Below are positions 39,943 to 49,598 of a DNA stretch of 64,000 nt, piece by piece. Below the pieces are notes generated by a model. The model was not told where the DNA came from, made no database searches, and saw only the letters and a list, made by a program, of their open reading frames with translations. The stretch's first letter is position 1; each line of letters starts with the position of its first letter. Origin of the DNA: Clostridia bacterium (GTDB taxonomy: Bacteria > Bacillota > Clostridia > TANB77 > CAG-508); the NCBI GenBank assembly GCA_017517685.1, contig JAFWYK010000010.1, positions 66,499 through 130,498 on the forward strand, given 5' to 3'. The position numbers and the translations under genes were made by a program.

Positions 39943-41046
39943 CTAATCTACAAGTCTAACTGTGTTGTCTGGGAAGAAGGATGTATTTTTTGCCTTTAGT
40001 GAAATTATATTAAATTGTTGATAAGTATAATCTTTGTTGATTTTGAATTCAACTTCAACATCATACACTGTATCAATGTAATCTAAAGTTCTTGTGATTT
40101 TTGCTGTAGCTGTATAGCTATCACCATGTTTTTCAGAGAATTTTAGGTCTTTACATTTATATTCTTCTCTATCTAATATTTTAATATCTTTTCCATATAG
40201 ATATGATTTTGTACTTTGTGCAAAACCAATATAGTTATTATATGATTGAATTGGATTTTTTCCTAAATCTTTACCAGTTAATTCTTTTAAGAATTTGTGC
40301 ATGTTTTCTACTGATTGTGTATATTTTGTTCCAACTTTTAATCCGTCATTTGAATGAGAATTAAAAAATTCTTTTGTTATAGCAAGTAGAATAGTGTTTG
40401 ATTCAAGTGTTTCTTCATCATAAGATATTCTATTGATACCTAAACTATACCATTCTAATGTATCTTTAAATGCTTCAACATCAATTTCACCACTATAATC
40501 TTTTTCAACTTCAGGAACTTTAGTTACGTTTGCTATAGTAACATTGTTTCTAGGTGGATCCATTACAACTACATTAGTTGATATTTCATTTGTAGTATTT
40601 TGATTGGTTATATTTTCATTAACTAAAGTGTTTTCATTTTCAGATGCTGTATTATCTATAGTGTTTGTATTATCTGCAACTTCGTTTTTATTAATTTCAA
40701 CAACATCGTCAACTTCTGTTTTTGATTCGTTATTTGGTTCATCTTGATCAATAGGAGCTGAAGTTGTTTTATCTGAATTATTAACTGGAAGTTTTATATT
40801 TTTAAATATATTAGCTTCTGGATATATAGTTATAAAAATATTATATGATACAGAGATTATTAATAAAACAATTAATATTACAATAACTTTCTTTTGTTTA
40901 TGAGTGTATTTATCAACTTTAATTTTTGTTTTTTCAAGATATGTTTCGAAACTATCTAAAACAGGTTGACTTACAATTTTATCTTCTTGAAAAACGCTTT
41001 TTATAAAGTCATCTTGATCTTTATGTAATTTATCGAAATTATCCAT
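39943..41046 (-). CDS. putative anti-sigma factor (single-pass membrane protein)
   Basis: 367 aa. ~60-aa cytoplasmic head, TM VIVILIVLLIISVSYNIFITIY, N/T-rich linker, ~200-aa extracytoplasmic domain. The start codon overlaps the upstream sigma gene's stop by one nucleotide (TAATG). Confidence 0.5.
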   Translation of the reverse strand: MDNFDKLHKDQDDFIKSVFQEDKIVSQPVLDSFETYLEKTKIKVDKYTHKQKKVIVILIVLLIISVSYNIFITIYPEANIFKNIKLPVNNSDKTTSAPIDQDEPNNESKTEVDDVVEINKNEVADNTNTIDNTASENENTLVNENITNQNTTNEISTNVVVMDPPRNNVTIANVTKVPEVEKDYSGEIDVEAFKDTLEWYSLGINRISYDEETLESNTILLAITKEFFNSHSNDGLKVGTKYTQSVENMHKFLKELTGKDLGKNPIQSYNNYIGFAQSTKSYLYGKDIKILDREEYKCKDLKFSEKHGDSYTATAKITRTLDYIDTVYDVEVEFKINKDYTYQQFNIISLKAKNTSFFPDNTVRLVD

Positions 41047-41612
41047 TATAAATCAACCTCCTTATTTTTAATCATTTCATAGATTTTTATTCTGATTGAT
41101 TTTAATTTGTTATTTACTGCGAATTCTGACATTTTTAAAATCTTGCCAATTTCATCAGTAGTAAGATTTGCGTAGTAGTATAAAAAGGCAATAGGTCTAA
41201 AACCTTCTTCGATACTTGTGATATATTCTTCAACTACAGAAGCTCTACGATAAGCTTGATATTCAGCGTTATCAACCATTGATTCAGTTGATGTGATTTT
41301 ATCACCAATATTTACTGAGAACTCTTTGTTTCTTATTTTTCTATCTACGTCTTTTGAATATTTTTGTTTTAATTCAGAACCGTATACAATAATTGTTCTT
41401 AATGTCCAACATAAAAATTCTTTTTCCGTTTTGAAGTTTACTACTTCACGAAATGCTTTGGATAAAGCATGTTCTAAAACAGCGTAAACATCTTTATCAC
41501 TTATAAAGTAAAGTCTTGCAGCCTTATAGAATATATGATTGTATTTCTCTACTAAGTCAATAAATGCTTGTTTATTTGATTTTTTTACTTCTTGTAATAA
41601 TTCCATAGACAA
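41046..41612 (-). CDS. ECF-type (sigma-70 family) RNA polymerase sigma factor
   Basis: 188 aa. Region-2-like N-terminus. C-terminal region-4 HTH LTTDEIGKILKMSEFAVNNKLKSIRIKI. Confidence 0.7.
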   Translation of the reverse strand: MSMELLQEVKKSNKQAFIDLVEKYNHIFYKAARLYFISDKDVYAVLEHALSKAFREVVNFKTEKEFLCWTLRTIIVYGSELKQKYSKDVDRKIRNKEFSVNIGDKITSTESMVDNAEYQAYRRASVVEEYITSIEEGFRPIAFLYYYANLTTDEIGKILKMSEFAVNNKLKSIRIKIYEMIKNKEVDL

Positions 41613-41766
41613 TACACCTTCCTTTGTATATTTATAGTTATAAAAAGTTTATCACATATATGATATTAAGACAATTAAATTTTGATTAAATTTGTGTTAA
41701 ATTGCAAGGAATTTGATGTTATTTGTCGAATAATATTATTAGAAGGGTATAATGGAGGTGGTCTTT

Positions 41767-41871
41767 ATGAAAGAAAGAGAATACACTCTAGGGAATATCA
41801 TTTCAGTATTTATATTTTTTAATGTTGTTGCAATTATAATTGCTGCAATAGGATATCAAGGAACATTATAA
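41767..41871 (+). CDS. possible 34-aa membrane micro-protein
   Basis: My own translation gives MKEREYTLGNIISVFIFFNVVAIIIAAIGYQGTL. SD ggaggtgg upstream. A hairpin cagtgaa...ttcactg lies downstream. Confidence 0.3.
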   Translation: MKEREYTLGNIISVFIFFNVVAIIIAAIGYQGTL

Positions 41872-42020
41872 AATAAAAAAATTAAGTAAATTTTAAGAGA
41901 ATTAGCGCAGTGAAAAAGTATTATTCACTGTGGTGGTTCTCTTTTTGAGTTTTTAACGCCTTGAAAAATAAGGTGTTACATAGTATAATAAATAAGTATT
42001 AATAATTTTTGGAGAGTATA

Positions 42021-42755
42021 ATGAGAAATATTAAATTAATTATTGAATATGATGGTAAATCTTTTAATGGTTGGCAAAAACAACCAACAAAATTAAATAT
42101 TCAAGGTGAAATAGAAAAGGCAATAGGAGAGATAACAGGAGAAGAAATAGAATTAATTGCTTCAGGAAGAACTGATGCAGGGGTACATAGCTTAGGACAA
42201 ACAGCAAATTTTAAAACAGAATCAAATATTCCTGTAGAGAAATTTCCAATTGCTATAAATTCGAAATTAAAGAAAAGTATAGTAATAAAATCAGCAGAAG
42301 AAGTAGAAGAAAGATTCCATAGTAGATATTCAGTAATTTCAAAAAGATATAGATATACAATAAATAATTCAAAGTATGGAAGTGCAATATATAGAGATAT
42401 GGAATATCATTTTCCAATAAAATTAGATGTTGATGAAATGAAAAAAGCAGCAAAACATTTTGAAGGGGAACATGATTTTAAAGGTTTCAAAGCTAGCGGA
42501 ACAAGTAGTAAAAGTAGTGTAAGAAAGATATTTAAAGCAGAAGTTATTTCTGATGGAGATAGAATCTACATTGAACTTACTGGAAGCGGATTTTTATATA
42601 ATATGGTAAGAATTATTTCTGGAACCTTACTAGATGTAGGCCAAGGAAAAATTAAAGCTGATGACATTCCAAGTATTATTTTATCAAAAGATAGAATGAA
42701 AGCAGGAAAAACACTTCCAGCTCATGGCCTTTGTTTGATGGAAGTTACATATTAA
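42021..42755 (+). CDS. truA: tRNA pseudouridine(38-40) synthase TruA
   Basis: IEYDGKSFNGWQKQP and ASGRTDAGVHSLGQ catalytic-Asp motif. ATG 42021 follows SD ggagag. Confidence 0.9.
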   Translation: MRNIKLIIEYDGKSFNGWQKQPTKLNIQGEIEKAIGEITGEEIELIASGRTDAGVHSLGQTANFKTESNIPVEKFPIAINSKLKKSIVIKSAEEVEERFHSRYSVISKRYRYTINNSKYGSAIYRDMEYHFPIKLDVDEMKKAAKHFEGEHDFKGFKASGTSSKSSVRKIFKAEVISDGDRIYIELTGSGFLYNMVRIISGTLLDVGQGKIKADDIPSIILSKDRMKAGKTLPAHGLCLMEVTY

Positions 42756-42810
42756 CAATTAAGAGATTAATAGAATATCATATATAAATACTAAAAAAGG
42801 AGTATTGAGT

Positions 42811-43107
42811 ATGAATATTTTATTAATCTTTTTTGCTATTCCGGTAGCAGTAATAATTCTTTCAATAATTTTGGAAAGATATATGAAGTGTCCACTTTCA
42901 GTTGCAGGAATATTCTTTTCTGTTTTCTTAGTTGTAGCATTTAGCTTAGGTGCTATTATAGAATATATTGTTGCAACTTTTGTATATACAATTATTTCAT
43001 TTTTAACAGCATTTTTATACGAAGCTATTAGTACTAGAAATAATTGTAATATGCAATCATCAAGTTGCACACTTTGCAATAGTTGTAGCCAAAACAGAAA
43101 TAGATAA
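42811..43107 (+). CDS. small membrane protein with Cys-rich C-terminal tail
   Basis: 98 aa from ATG 42811 (SD aaggag). Three hydrophobic helices, then a tail NNCNMQSSSCTLCNSCSQNRNR. Confidence 0.5.
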   Translation: MNILLIFFAIPVAVIILSIILERYMKCPLSVAGIFFSVFLVVAFSLGAIIEYIVATFVYTIISFLTAFLYEAISTRNNCNMQSSSCTLCNSCSQNRNR

Positions 43108-43160
43108 AACCTTGAAAAGAAGATATCTAGATGATATAATGAATGTGTAAAATTTAAGAG

Positions 43161-44054
43161 GTGATAAAAATTAAAATAGCAATTATAGCAGATATACACG
43201 GAAATTCAGTTGCACTAAAAGAAATTTTAAAAGATGCAAAAAATAATAATGTAGATGAAATTGTGTATTTAGGAGATTTAGTAAATGATTTTCCTTTTGG
43301 TAATGAAACTTTAGAATTAGTAAAAAACTCTAGTAGTAAAGTGTTAAGAGGAAATAAAGAACAATATTTAATAGAATATGATGAAGCAAAATACGAGTGG
43401 GATAATATTCAATTTAGAAATACAAAATTTATGTACAATGAACTTTCAAAAGAAAATTTAGAGTATATAAAAACTCTTCCTAAAAGTATCAAAGTAGAGT
43501 ATGAAGGTGTAAAAATTCTTTTTGCACATGGTTCTCCAGATTCTGTTGAAGTTCAAATTCATCAAGATGATAGAGATTTAATTAATAAGTATACTAAAGA
43601 TTTAGATGCTGATGCATTAATCTTTGGACATACTCATGATAAAATGTGGAAAGAAGTAGTTAATAATAAATTAGTTATTAATGCAGGATGCGCTGGAGTT
43701 TCACCATATTATATAGGTGGAGCAGAGTATGTATTATTAGATATAAATGGAAATGATATTAACGTAGATTTAAAAGTAGTTAATTATGATATAGAAGAAT
43801 TAAGAAATAAAATAAAAGAATGTGGAATTTTAGATGAAGATAAAGTCTTTATGAGCTTAACATTTTGTGGAATAGACGGTCATGGAAAAGAAAGATATAG
43901 CTTTTTTAGAGAAGCTAAATCTAGAATGTTGGAAAGAAACGGTAAATGGTATAGAGATGATGCAAAAGGAATATTCCAATATTTTAAATTGTTTGACGAT
44001 GATATATGGCTTGATTTAGCGGAAAAATATAAAGAGTATTTTTCATTTAATTAG
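43161..44054 (+). CDS. metallophosphoesterase family protein
   Basis: IAIIADIHGN, YLGDLVND and GHTHD calcineurin-like phosphoesterase motifs. True start may be ATT 43170 (SD aagaggtg, 6-nt spacing) rather than GTG 43161, which is part of the SD. Confidence 0.8.
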   Translation: MIKIKIAIIADIHGNSVALKEILKDAKNNNVDEIVYLGDLVNDFPFGNETLELVKNSSSKVLRGNKEQYLIEYDEAKYEWDNIQFRNTKFMYNELSKENLEYIKTLPKSIKVEYEGVKILFAHGSPDSVEVQIHQDDRDLINKYTKDLDADALIFGHTHDKMWKEVVNNKLVINAGCAGVSPYYIGGAEYVLLDINGNDINVDLKVVNYDIEELRNKIKECGILDEDKVFMSLTFCGIDGHGKERYSFFREAKSRMLERNGKWYRDDAKGIFQYFKLFDDDIWLDLAEKYKEYFSFN

Positions 44055-44068
44055 TAAAGGATGGAATT

Positions 44069-44305
44069 ATGAGACTAGATAAATTTTTAAAAGTAAGTAG
44101 AGTTATAAAAAGAAGAACTGTTGCAAATGACGCTGCTGATTCTGGTAGAATCGCAGTAAATGGAAAAATAGTAAAACCAAGTTACGAAGTAAAAGTTGGA
44201 GATATTGTAGAAATCAAATTTGGAGATAAAGTTTCTAGATTTGAAATATTAAAAATTCCAACAACACAAGGAAAAGGTTTAGAAGAAATTATTAAAATAA
44301 TATAA
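44069..44305 (+). CDS. RNA-binding S4-domain protein
   Basis: MRLDKFLKVSRVIKRRTVANDAADSGRIAVNGKIVKPS is a typical S4 domain. 78 aa. Confidence 0.8.
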   Translation: MRLDKFLKVSRVIKRRTVANDAADSGRIAVNGKIVKPSYEVKVGDIVEIKFGDKVSRFEILKIPTTQGKGLEEIIKII

Positions 44306-44313
44306 GTTTTAAA

Positions 44314-44338
44314 AGCATCAAATTATTTGGTGCTTTTT
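44314..44338 (+). terminator. Rho-independent terminator
   Basis: agcatca-aattatt-tggtgct hairpin (one G-U pair) followed by T5. Confidence 0.65.
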
Positions 44339-44429
44339 ATTTTTCTTTTTAAGTTAATTCGTTGATAATGTGGAAAAAATGTGATATAAAATAAAGTACA
44401 ATTTTGTTAAAGAAAAAGGAGTTAAATTT

Positions 44430-47400
44430 ATGCCAGACTTCGTTCATTTACATGTCCATAGTGAATTTAGTTTGTTAGATGGAATGTGCAGAATTAAAGA
44501 TTTACCAAAAAGAGCAAAAGAGTTAGGAATGAAAGCTATTGCCCTTACTGATCATGGGGTTATGTATGGTGCGGTAAATTTTTATAAAGAATGTGTAAAA
44601 GAAGGGATTAAGCCTATTATTGGTTGTGAAGTATATGTAGCACCAAGAAGTCGAATGGATAAAGAGGCTGGAATCGATGATAATTATGCACATTTAATTT
44701 TGCTTGCCAAAAATAAAACTGGTTATCAAAATTTAATTAAACTTGTTTCTTTAAGTTTTACTGATGGTTATTATTACAAACCAAGAATAGATTTAGAAAT
44801 TTTAGAAAAATATCATGAAGGTTTGATTTGTTTAAGTGCTTGTTTAGCAGGTACAATAAATCAAGCAATATTAAAAGATGATTTAGAAGAAGCAAAGAAG
44901 ATTGCTTTATGGCATAAAAATGTATTTGGTGAAGATTATTATTTAGAGATTCAAAATAATGGTCTACCAGAGCAAGTAATGGTTAATCAAAAGTTAATAA
45001 TGTTATCAAGAGAACTTGATATTCCTTTAGTTGCAACTAATGATGCCCATTATTTAAAACAAGAAGATTGTTATAATCATGAAATTTTACTTTGTATACA
45101 AACAGCAAAGAAAATGACTGATGAAGATAGAATGAAATTTGCTACTGATGAATTTTATATTAAATCACCAGAAGAAATGGCAGATTATTTTTCAAGTGTT
45201 CCAGAAGCTATTGAAAATACAGTTAAGATTGCAGATAAATGTAATTTTGATTTTGAATTTGGTGTAACAAAACTTCCAAACTATGATGTACCAGAAGAAT
45301 TTGAAACTCATGAAGATTACTTTAGATATTTAGTATCAAATGGTCTAGAAAAAAGATATGGTAAAGATTATGGGGAAGATGTAAAAACTAGAGCTGAATA
45401 TGAACTTGGAATAATTTCAAGAATGGGATATATAGATTATTATCTTATTGTTTGGGATTATATTAATTATGCAAAATCTATTGGAATTCCTGTAGGACCA
45501 GGACGTGGTTCTGGAGCAGGATCAATTGTTGCATATGCTATAGGAATAACTGATATAGATCCACTTAAATATAACTTGCTTTTTGAAAGATTCTTAAATC
45601 CAGATAGAATTAGTATGCCTGACTTTGACGTTGACTTTTCAGATGAAAGAAGACAAGAAGTTATAGACTATGTTGCAAGAAAATATGGAAGAGATCACGT
45701 ATCTCAAATTATTACTTTTGGTACAATGTCAGCAAAAAGCGTTATAAGAGATGTTGGTAGAGTATTAGATGTTCCATATAGTGATGTAGATAAAATTGCA
45801 AAAATGATTCCGTTTGAAGTACATATGACTTTAGATAAAGCGTTGGAACAAAATAGAGAACTTAGAGAACAATATGAAAATGATGAAGTAACTAAAAGAA
45901 TTATTGACATAGCAAGAGGCTTAGAAGGCATGCCAAGAAATGCTTCAACACATGCTTGTGGTGTTGTTATAACAAAAGATCCAGTAGATACATATGTACC
46001 ACTTTGTACAAATGATGGTAATGTTGTAGCTCAATATACAATGGTGCTTTTAGAAGAACTTGGACTTTTAAAGATGGACTTTTTAGGTTTAAGAACATTA
46101 AGTGTTATTGCAAACTGTTTAGAACTTGTTAAAAAGAATAGGGGAATAGACATTGTATTTGATGAAAAAATGGATGACCCTGAAGTATATAGATTATGGC
46201 AAGAAGGAAAGACTTTCGGTATATTCCAATTTGAAAGTACAGGTATTACAAATTTTATGAAAGAATTAAAACCTGACTGCTTTGAAGATATTGTTGCTGG
46301 TGTTTCACTTTATCGTCCGGGACCTATGGATCAAATCCCAAGATATATTAAAGGAAAATTAAATCCAGGTCATAATGAATATACACATCAAAGTTTAGAG
46401 CCTATACTAAACGTTACATATGGATGTATGGTATATCAAGAACAAGTTATGCAAATTGTTAGAGACTTAGCTGGTTATTCACTTGGTAGAGCTGACCTTG
46501 TTAGAAGAGCAATGGGTAAAAAGAAGTTAGATGTAATGGCTAAAGAAAGAGAAATTTTTATTAATGGACAAGTTAATGAAGATGGAACTATCGATGTACC
46601 AGGATGTGTAAGAAACGGTATAGATGCTCAATCAGCTGATAAGATATTCGATGAGATGAGCGAATTTGCAAAATATGCATTTAATAAATCACATGCTGCT
46701 GCATATGCAGTTGTATCATATAGAACTGCATACTTAAAAGCTTATTATAAAGAAGAATTAATGGCTGCTACTTTAAATAGTTTTTTAGGAAACTTAGATA
46801 AAATTCCTGTGTATATTCAAGATTGTAAGGATATGGGAATAGAAATATTAAATCCAAATATTAATGAATCAGAAACTAAATTTACTGTTGTTGATAATAA
46901 AATTAGATTTGGTTTGGGTTCTGTTAAAAATGTTGGTGTAGCTGTAATAGATTCAATTGTTGCAGAAAGAGAAAAGAATGGACCGTTTGAAAGTTTTACA
47001 TCATTCTGCGAAAGAGTTAAAGACGAAGCTGTTAATAAAAAATGTATTGAAAGCTTAATTAAAGCTGGAGCTTTTGATGATTTTGGAAAAACAAGAGCAA
47101 CACTTCTTGCTTCATTTGAAGGGATTGTTGAAAGTATAAATAACGAGAATAAAAACAAAATTGAAAATCAAGTTTCGATGTTTGATTTAATGGAAGATAT
47201 TGATGATAATATTGAAGCACAAAAATATACTTTTATTGAAAAAGAAGAGATGGAACAACGTGAACTTTTAAGTTTAGAAAAAGAGATGCTTGGTGTATAT
47301 ATATCAGGACATCCTTTAGATAAATTTAAATCAGCAATTGAGAAACATGCTAATATATCAACTTTAGATATGATAAAGATTGATGAAGAAGTTCAAGAGT

Positions 47401-47933
47401 TTGGTGAATCAAAAGAATATAAAGATGGACAAAATATAAAATTTGTAGGTATTATTTCAAAAGTAAATAAAAAGTTTACTAGAAAAAATACTACAATGGC
47501 ATTTGTTAATATTGAAGATTTTTATGGAACTGCAGAATTTGTTGTTTTTGATAGTGTATATACAAAATCAGGCCATATAATTGTTGAAGATAATATTGTG
47601 CTTGTAGAGGGTAGACTTAGCATGAGAGAAGATGAACCGGTTAAGGTTGTTGTATCAAATATTAAAGAGTTTACAGAAGATATGCCTATTACAAATAATG
47701 TTCAAAAGATTAATCAAGTAAAATCACTTAAGATTAATATTACTGGATTAACAGAAGAACAAAAATCAAGATTAAGAGGTGCTATAAAGTTTTTTTCCGG
47801 AGAGAAGTATAATGTAAAATTGTTTGTTGTTGATAGTGGTGAACTAAAACCATGTGGCGCATTATATTTAACAGATAAGGTAAAAGCTGTATTTGAAAGT
47901 ATTGTTGGAAAAGAAAACGTTAAACTTGACTAA
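44430..47933 (+). CDS. dnaE: DNA polymerase III subunit alpha (DnaE)
   Basis: PHP domain FVHLHVHSEFSLLDG, GPGRGSGAGS, and palm/fingers motifs. 1167 aa. Confidence 0.95.
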   Translation: MPDFVHLHVHSEFSLLDGMCRIKDLPKRAKELGMKAIALTDHGVMYGAVNFYKECVKEGIKPIIGCEVYVAPRSRMDKEAGIDDNYAHLILLAKNKTGYQNLIKLVSLSFTDGYYYKPRIDLEILEKYHEGLICLSACLAGTINQAILKDDLEEAKKIALWHKNVFGEDYYLEIQNNGLPEQVMVNQKLIMLSRELDIPLVATNDAHYLKQEDCYNHEILLCIQTAKKMTDEDRMKFATDEFYIKSPEEMADYFSSVPEAIENTVKIADKCNFDFEFGVTKLPNYDVPEEFETHEDYFRYLVSNGLEKRYGKDYGEDVKTRAEYELGIISRMGYIDYYLIVWDYINYAKSIGIPVGPGRGSGAGSIVAYAIGITDIDPLKYNLLFERFLNPDRISMPDFDVDFSDERRQEVIDYVARKYGRDHVSQIITFGTMSAKSVIRDVGRVLDVPYSDVDKIAKMIPFEVHMTLDKALEQNRELREQYENDEVTKRIIDIARGLEGMPRNASTHACGVVITKDPVDTYVPLCTNDGNVVAQYTMVLLEELGLLKMDFLGLRTLSVIANCLELVKKNRGIDIVFDEKMDDPEVYRLWQEGKTFGIFQFESTGITNFMKELKPDCFEDIVAGVSLYRPGPMDQIPRYIKGKLNPGHNEYTHQSLEPILNVTYGCMVYQEQVMQIVRDLAGYSLGRADLVRRAMGKKKLDVMAKEREIFINGQVNEDGTIDVPGCVRNGIDAQSADKIFDEMSEFAKYAFNKSHAAAYAVVSYRTAYLKAYYKEELMAATLNSFLGNLDKIPVYIQDCKDMGIEILNPNINESETKFTVVDNKIRFGLGSVKNVGVAVIDSIVAEREKNGPFESFTSFCERVKDEAVNKKCIESLIKAGAFDDFGKTRATLLASFEGIVESINNENKNKIENQVSMFDLMEDIDDNIEAQKYTFIEKEEMEQRELLSLEKEMLGVYISGHPLDKFKSAIEKHANISTLDMIKIDEEVQEFGESKEYKDGQNIKFVGIISKVNKKFTRKNTTMAFVNIEDFYGTAEFVVFDSVYTKSGHIIVEDNIVLVEGRLSMREDEPVKVVVSNIKEFTEDMPITNNVQKINQVKSLKINITGLTEEQKSRLRGAIKFFSGEKYNVKLFVVDSGELKPCGALYLTDKVKAVFESIVGKENVKLD

Positions 47934-48020
47934 CATCTTTTGCTATTGATAATATGACAAAATAAAGGTATAATAACGTAAAACAAAAGAAAATAATTAG
48001 AATATGAAGAGGGGAATAAA

Positions 48021-48536
48021 ATGAGAAAGCGTGAAGGCTTATCAGTTGTAATGGTATTATTAATAGGTTTTTTGTTAGCTTTTGGTATTGCTACTGCTGC
48101 TAAATTTGTGTGGATTAAAGTTTTAGAGATTAAAGAAGCAGACACAGAATATAACAAAGAAGAAGTTGTTAATAATTTAAACTTTATTATAAAAGAAAAG
48201 TATTTCTTTGAATATAAATATGCAACTGAAAATCATGTTAATTTTGAAGAATTATATAATACAGATGCTGTTATAAAATCGTTAATTGATAATGGTCATA
48301 TAGAACAGCTTAAAGATATAAATGATAATCCTGTTGAGAATCAGTACTATATTCATCCTGAAACATTAAAAAGCGATATTGAGCAAAGTGAGATTAATGA
48401 AAACGGATCAAACAGTAATGGTACAAAGGTGTTTAAGATAAAGAAAATAGAAGAAAAGTTCATGATATACTTTGTTGATAAGTATGGAGAAGAAGAGGAA
48501 CTTGGAGAACTAATTATTTATCCTGATATAAAATAA
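48021..48536 (+). CDS. hypothetical protein with N-terminal membrane anchor
   Basis: 171-aa ORF. SD gagggg upstream. Hydrophobic N-terminus LSVVMVLLIGFLLAFGIATAA. No family recognised. Confidence 0.55.
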   Translation: MRKREGLSVVMVLLIGFLLAFGIATAAKFVWIKVLEIKEADTEYNKEEVVNNLNFIIKEKYFFEYKYATENHVNFEELYNTDAVIKSLIDNGHIEQLKDINDNPVENQYYIHPETLKSDIEQSEINENGSNSNGTKVFKIKKIEEKFMIYFVDKYGEEEELGELIIYPDIK

Positions 48537-48541
48537 AAATA

Positions 48542-48567
48542 AAAGGCTTCCGTTTGGAAGCCTTTTT
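48542..48567. terminator. bidirectional terminator
   Basis: aaaggcttcc-gttt-ggaagccttt hairpin between convergent genes. Confidence 0.8.
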
Positions 48568-48571
48568 GTTA

Positions 48572-49441
48572 TTATTTATTTAATCCGTATAAATCTTGTT
48601 CAACTAAAAGTTTTGCTCTTTTGGCTGTTTTGCTATTATCTGAATTTAATGATTCTTCTAAGAATTCTGGATGTTCAATTAAGAATTGTCTCATAGAACC
48701 CATTTGATCTTTTTTGAAATCTCTTAATATTTGTAATTGTTTATCGTTTATTATTCCTAGTTCTAATGCTTTAACAAATAATTCGTCATTAATTTTTAAA
48801 AGTGAAAGAACTTCTACACCACAGTCTGTAAGTACTTGTGTTCCACCATCCATTCTATCGATAACGAAGATTGACCAAAGAATTTTTGAACCTAAGTTTT
48901 CAATAGCTGGAATCCAAGCTCTAGTAAAGCTTGCTGATTGATTTAAAAGGTCTGCTACGTGTAAGAAATCTTTTCCTTCGATTTTTTCTACGGGAGCGTT
49001 TTCTGTGAATTTATAATCACTAACTACTGTAGATAGATCTTTATAGATTGTTACGTGTGGTTTTTCTAAAATATAAGCAATCATATTAGAGAAGAACCAA
49101 TCTCTTCTCTCACCACCAGAGATGTAATCGATTTTTGCAATATCTACTGATTCTTTTATATATTCTACCATTGCATCAATTGTTGTTTTATATATTTCAT
49201 TTGAATTATAATGAGCTAATACTTTTTCAAAAATATGAGCTGGAATATTTTCTTTTGTTTCATTTTCTAGTTCACTATCGATGAATGCTAATAATTCTTT
49301 TGAATCAGCATCACTACCATAGAAGAATTCACCATTTACAAAGTATGGTCCAATTTTTCCAGATGTGTACCAGAATGGCTTGTTTTCTTTAGCAATGTTA
49401 AATGCGTTTGTTTCAAATAATAAATTTGTTAAATCTTTCAT
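48572..49441 (-). CDS. phosphoribosyltransferase-like protein (PyrE-like N-terminal motif; function uncertain)
   Basis: 290 aa from ATG 49441 (SD ggaggaaatt). FWYTSGKIGPYFVN resembles the OPRTase F.L.SG..SPYY motif. FLHVADLLNQSASF sits where the PRPP loop VDD..TTGGT would be. Long C-terminal extension. Confidence 0.45.
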   Translation of the reverse strand: MKDLTNLLFETNAFNIAKENKPFWYTSGKIGPYFVNGEFFYGSDADSKELLAFIDSELENETKENIPAHIFEKVLAHYNSNEIYKTTIDAMVEYIKESVDIAKIDYISGGERRDWFFSNMIAYILEKPHVTIYKDLSTVVSDYKFTENAPVEKIEGKDFLHVADLLNQSASFTRAWIPAIENLGSKILWSIFVIDRMDGGTQVLTDCGVEVLSLLKINDELFVKALELGIINDKQLQILRDFKKDQMGSMRQFLIEHPEFLEESLNSDNSKTAKRAKLLVEQDLYGLNK

Positions 49442-49598
49442 AATTTCCTCCAAATAATAACTTTTGAGCCAAAAAATATACGTTAATATATTTTTTATCA
49501 TAATATAGTAAAATTTTTTAATTGTCAATTGAAAAAACATCGTAATAGAAAATTATATATGATATAATTATTTTAGTTTTTTAAAGTGGGAGAAAATT

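Noticed and set aside
42759-43199. 146-aa minus-strand ORF spanning the truA-phosphoesterase intergenic region.
   Set aside because: It overlaps the plus-strand membrane-protein ORF, which has a good SD. It would also run through the SD and start of the phosphoesterase gene, and it has no SD of its own.
48021-48536. Possible type IV prepilin, suggested by the N-terminal MRKREGLSVVMVLLIGF.
   Set aside because: It lacks the G/FTLxE cleavage motif with Glu at +5, and there are no pilus assembly genes nearby.
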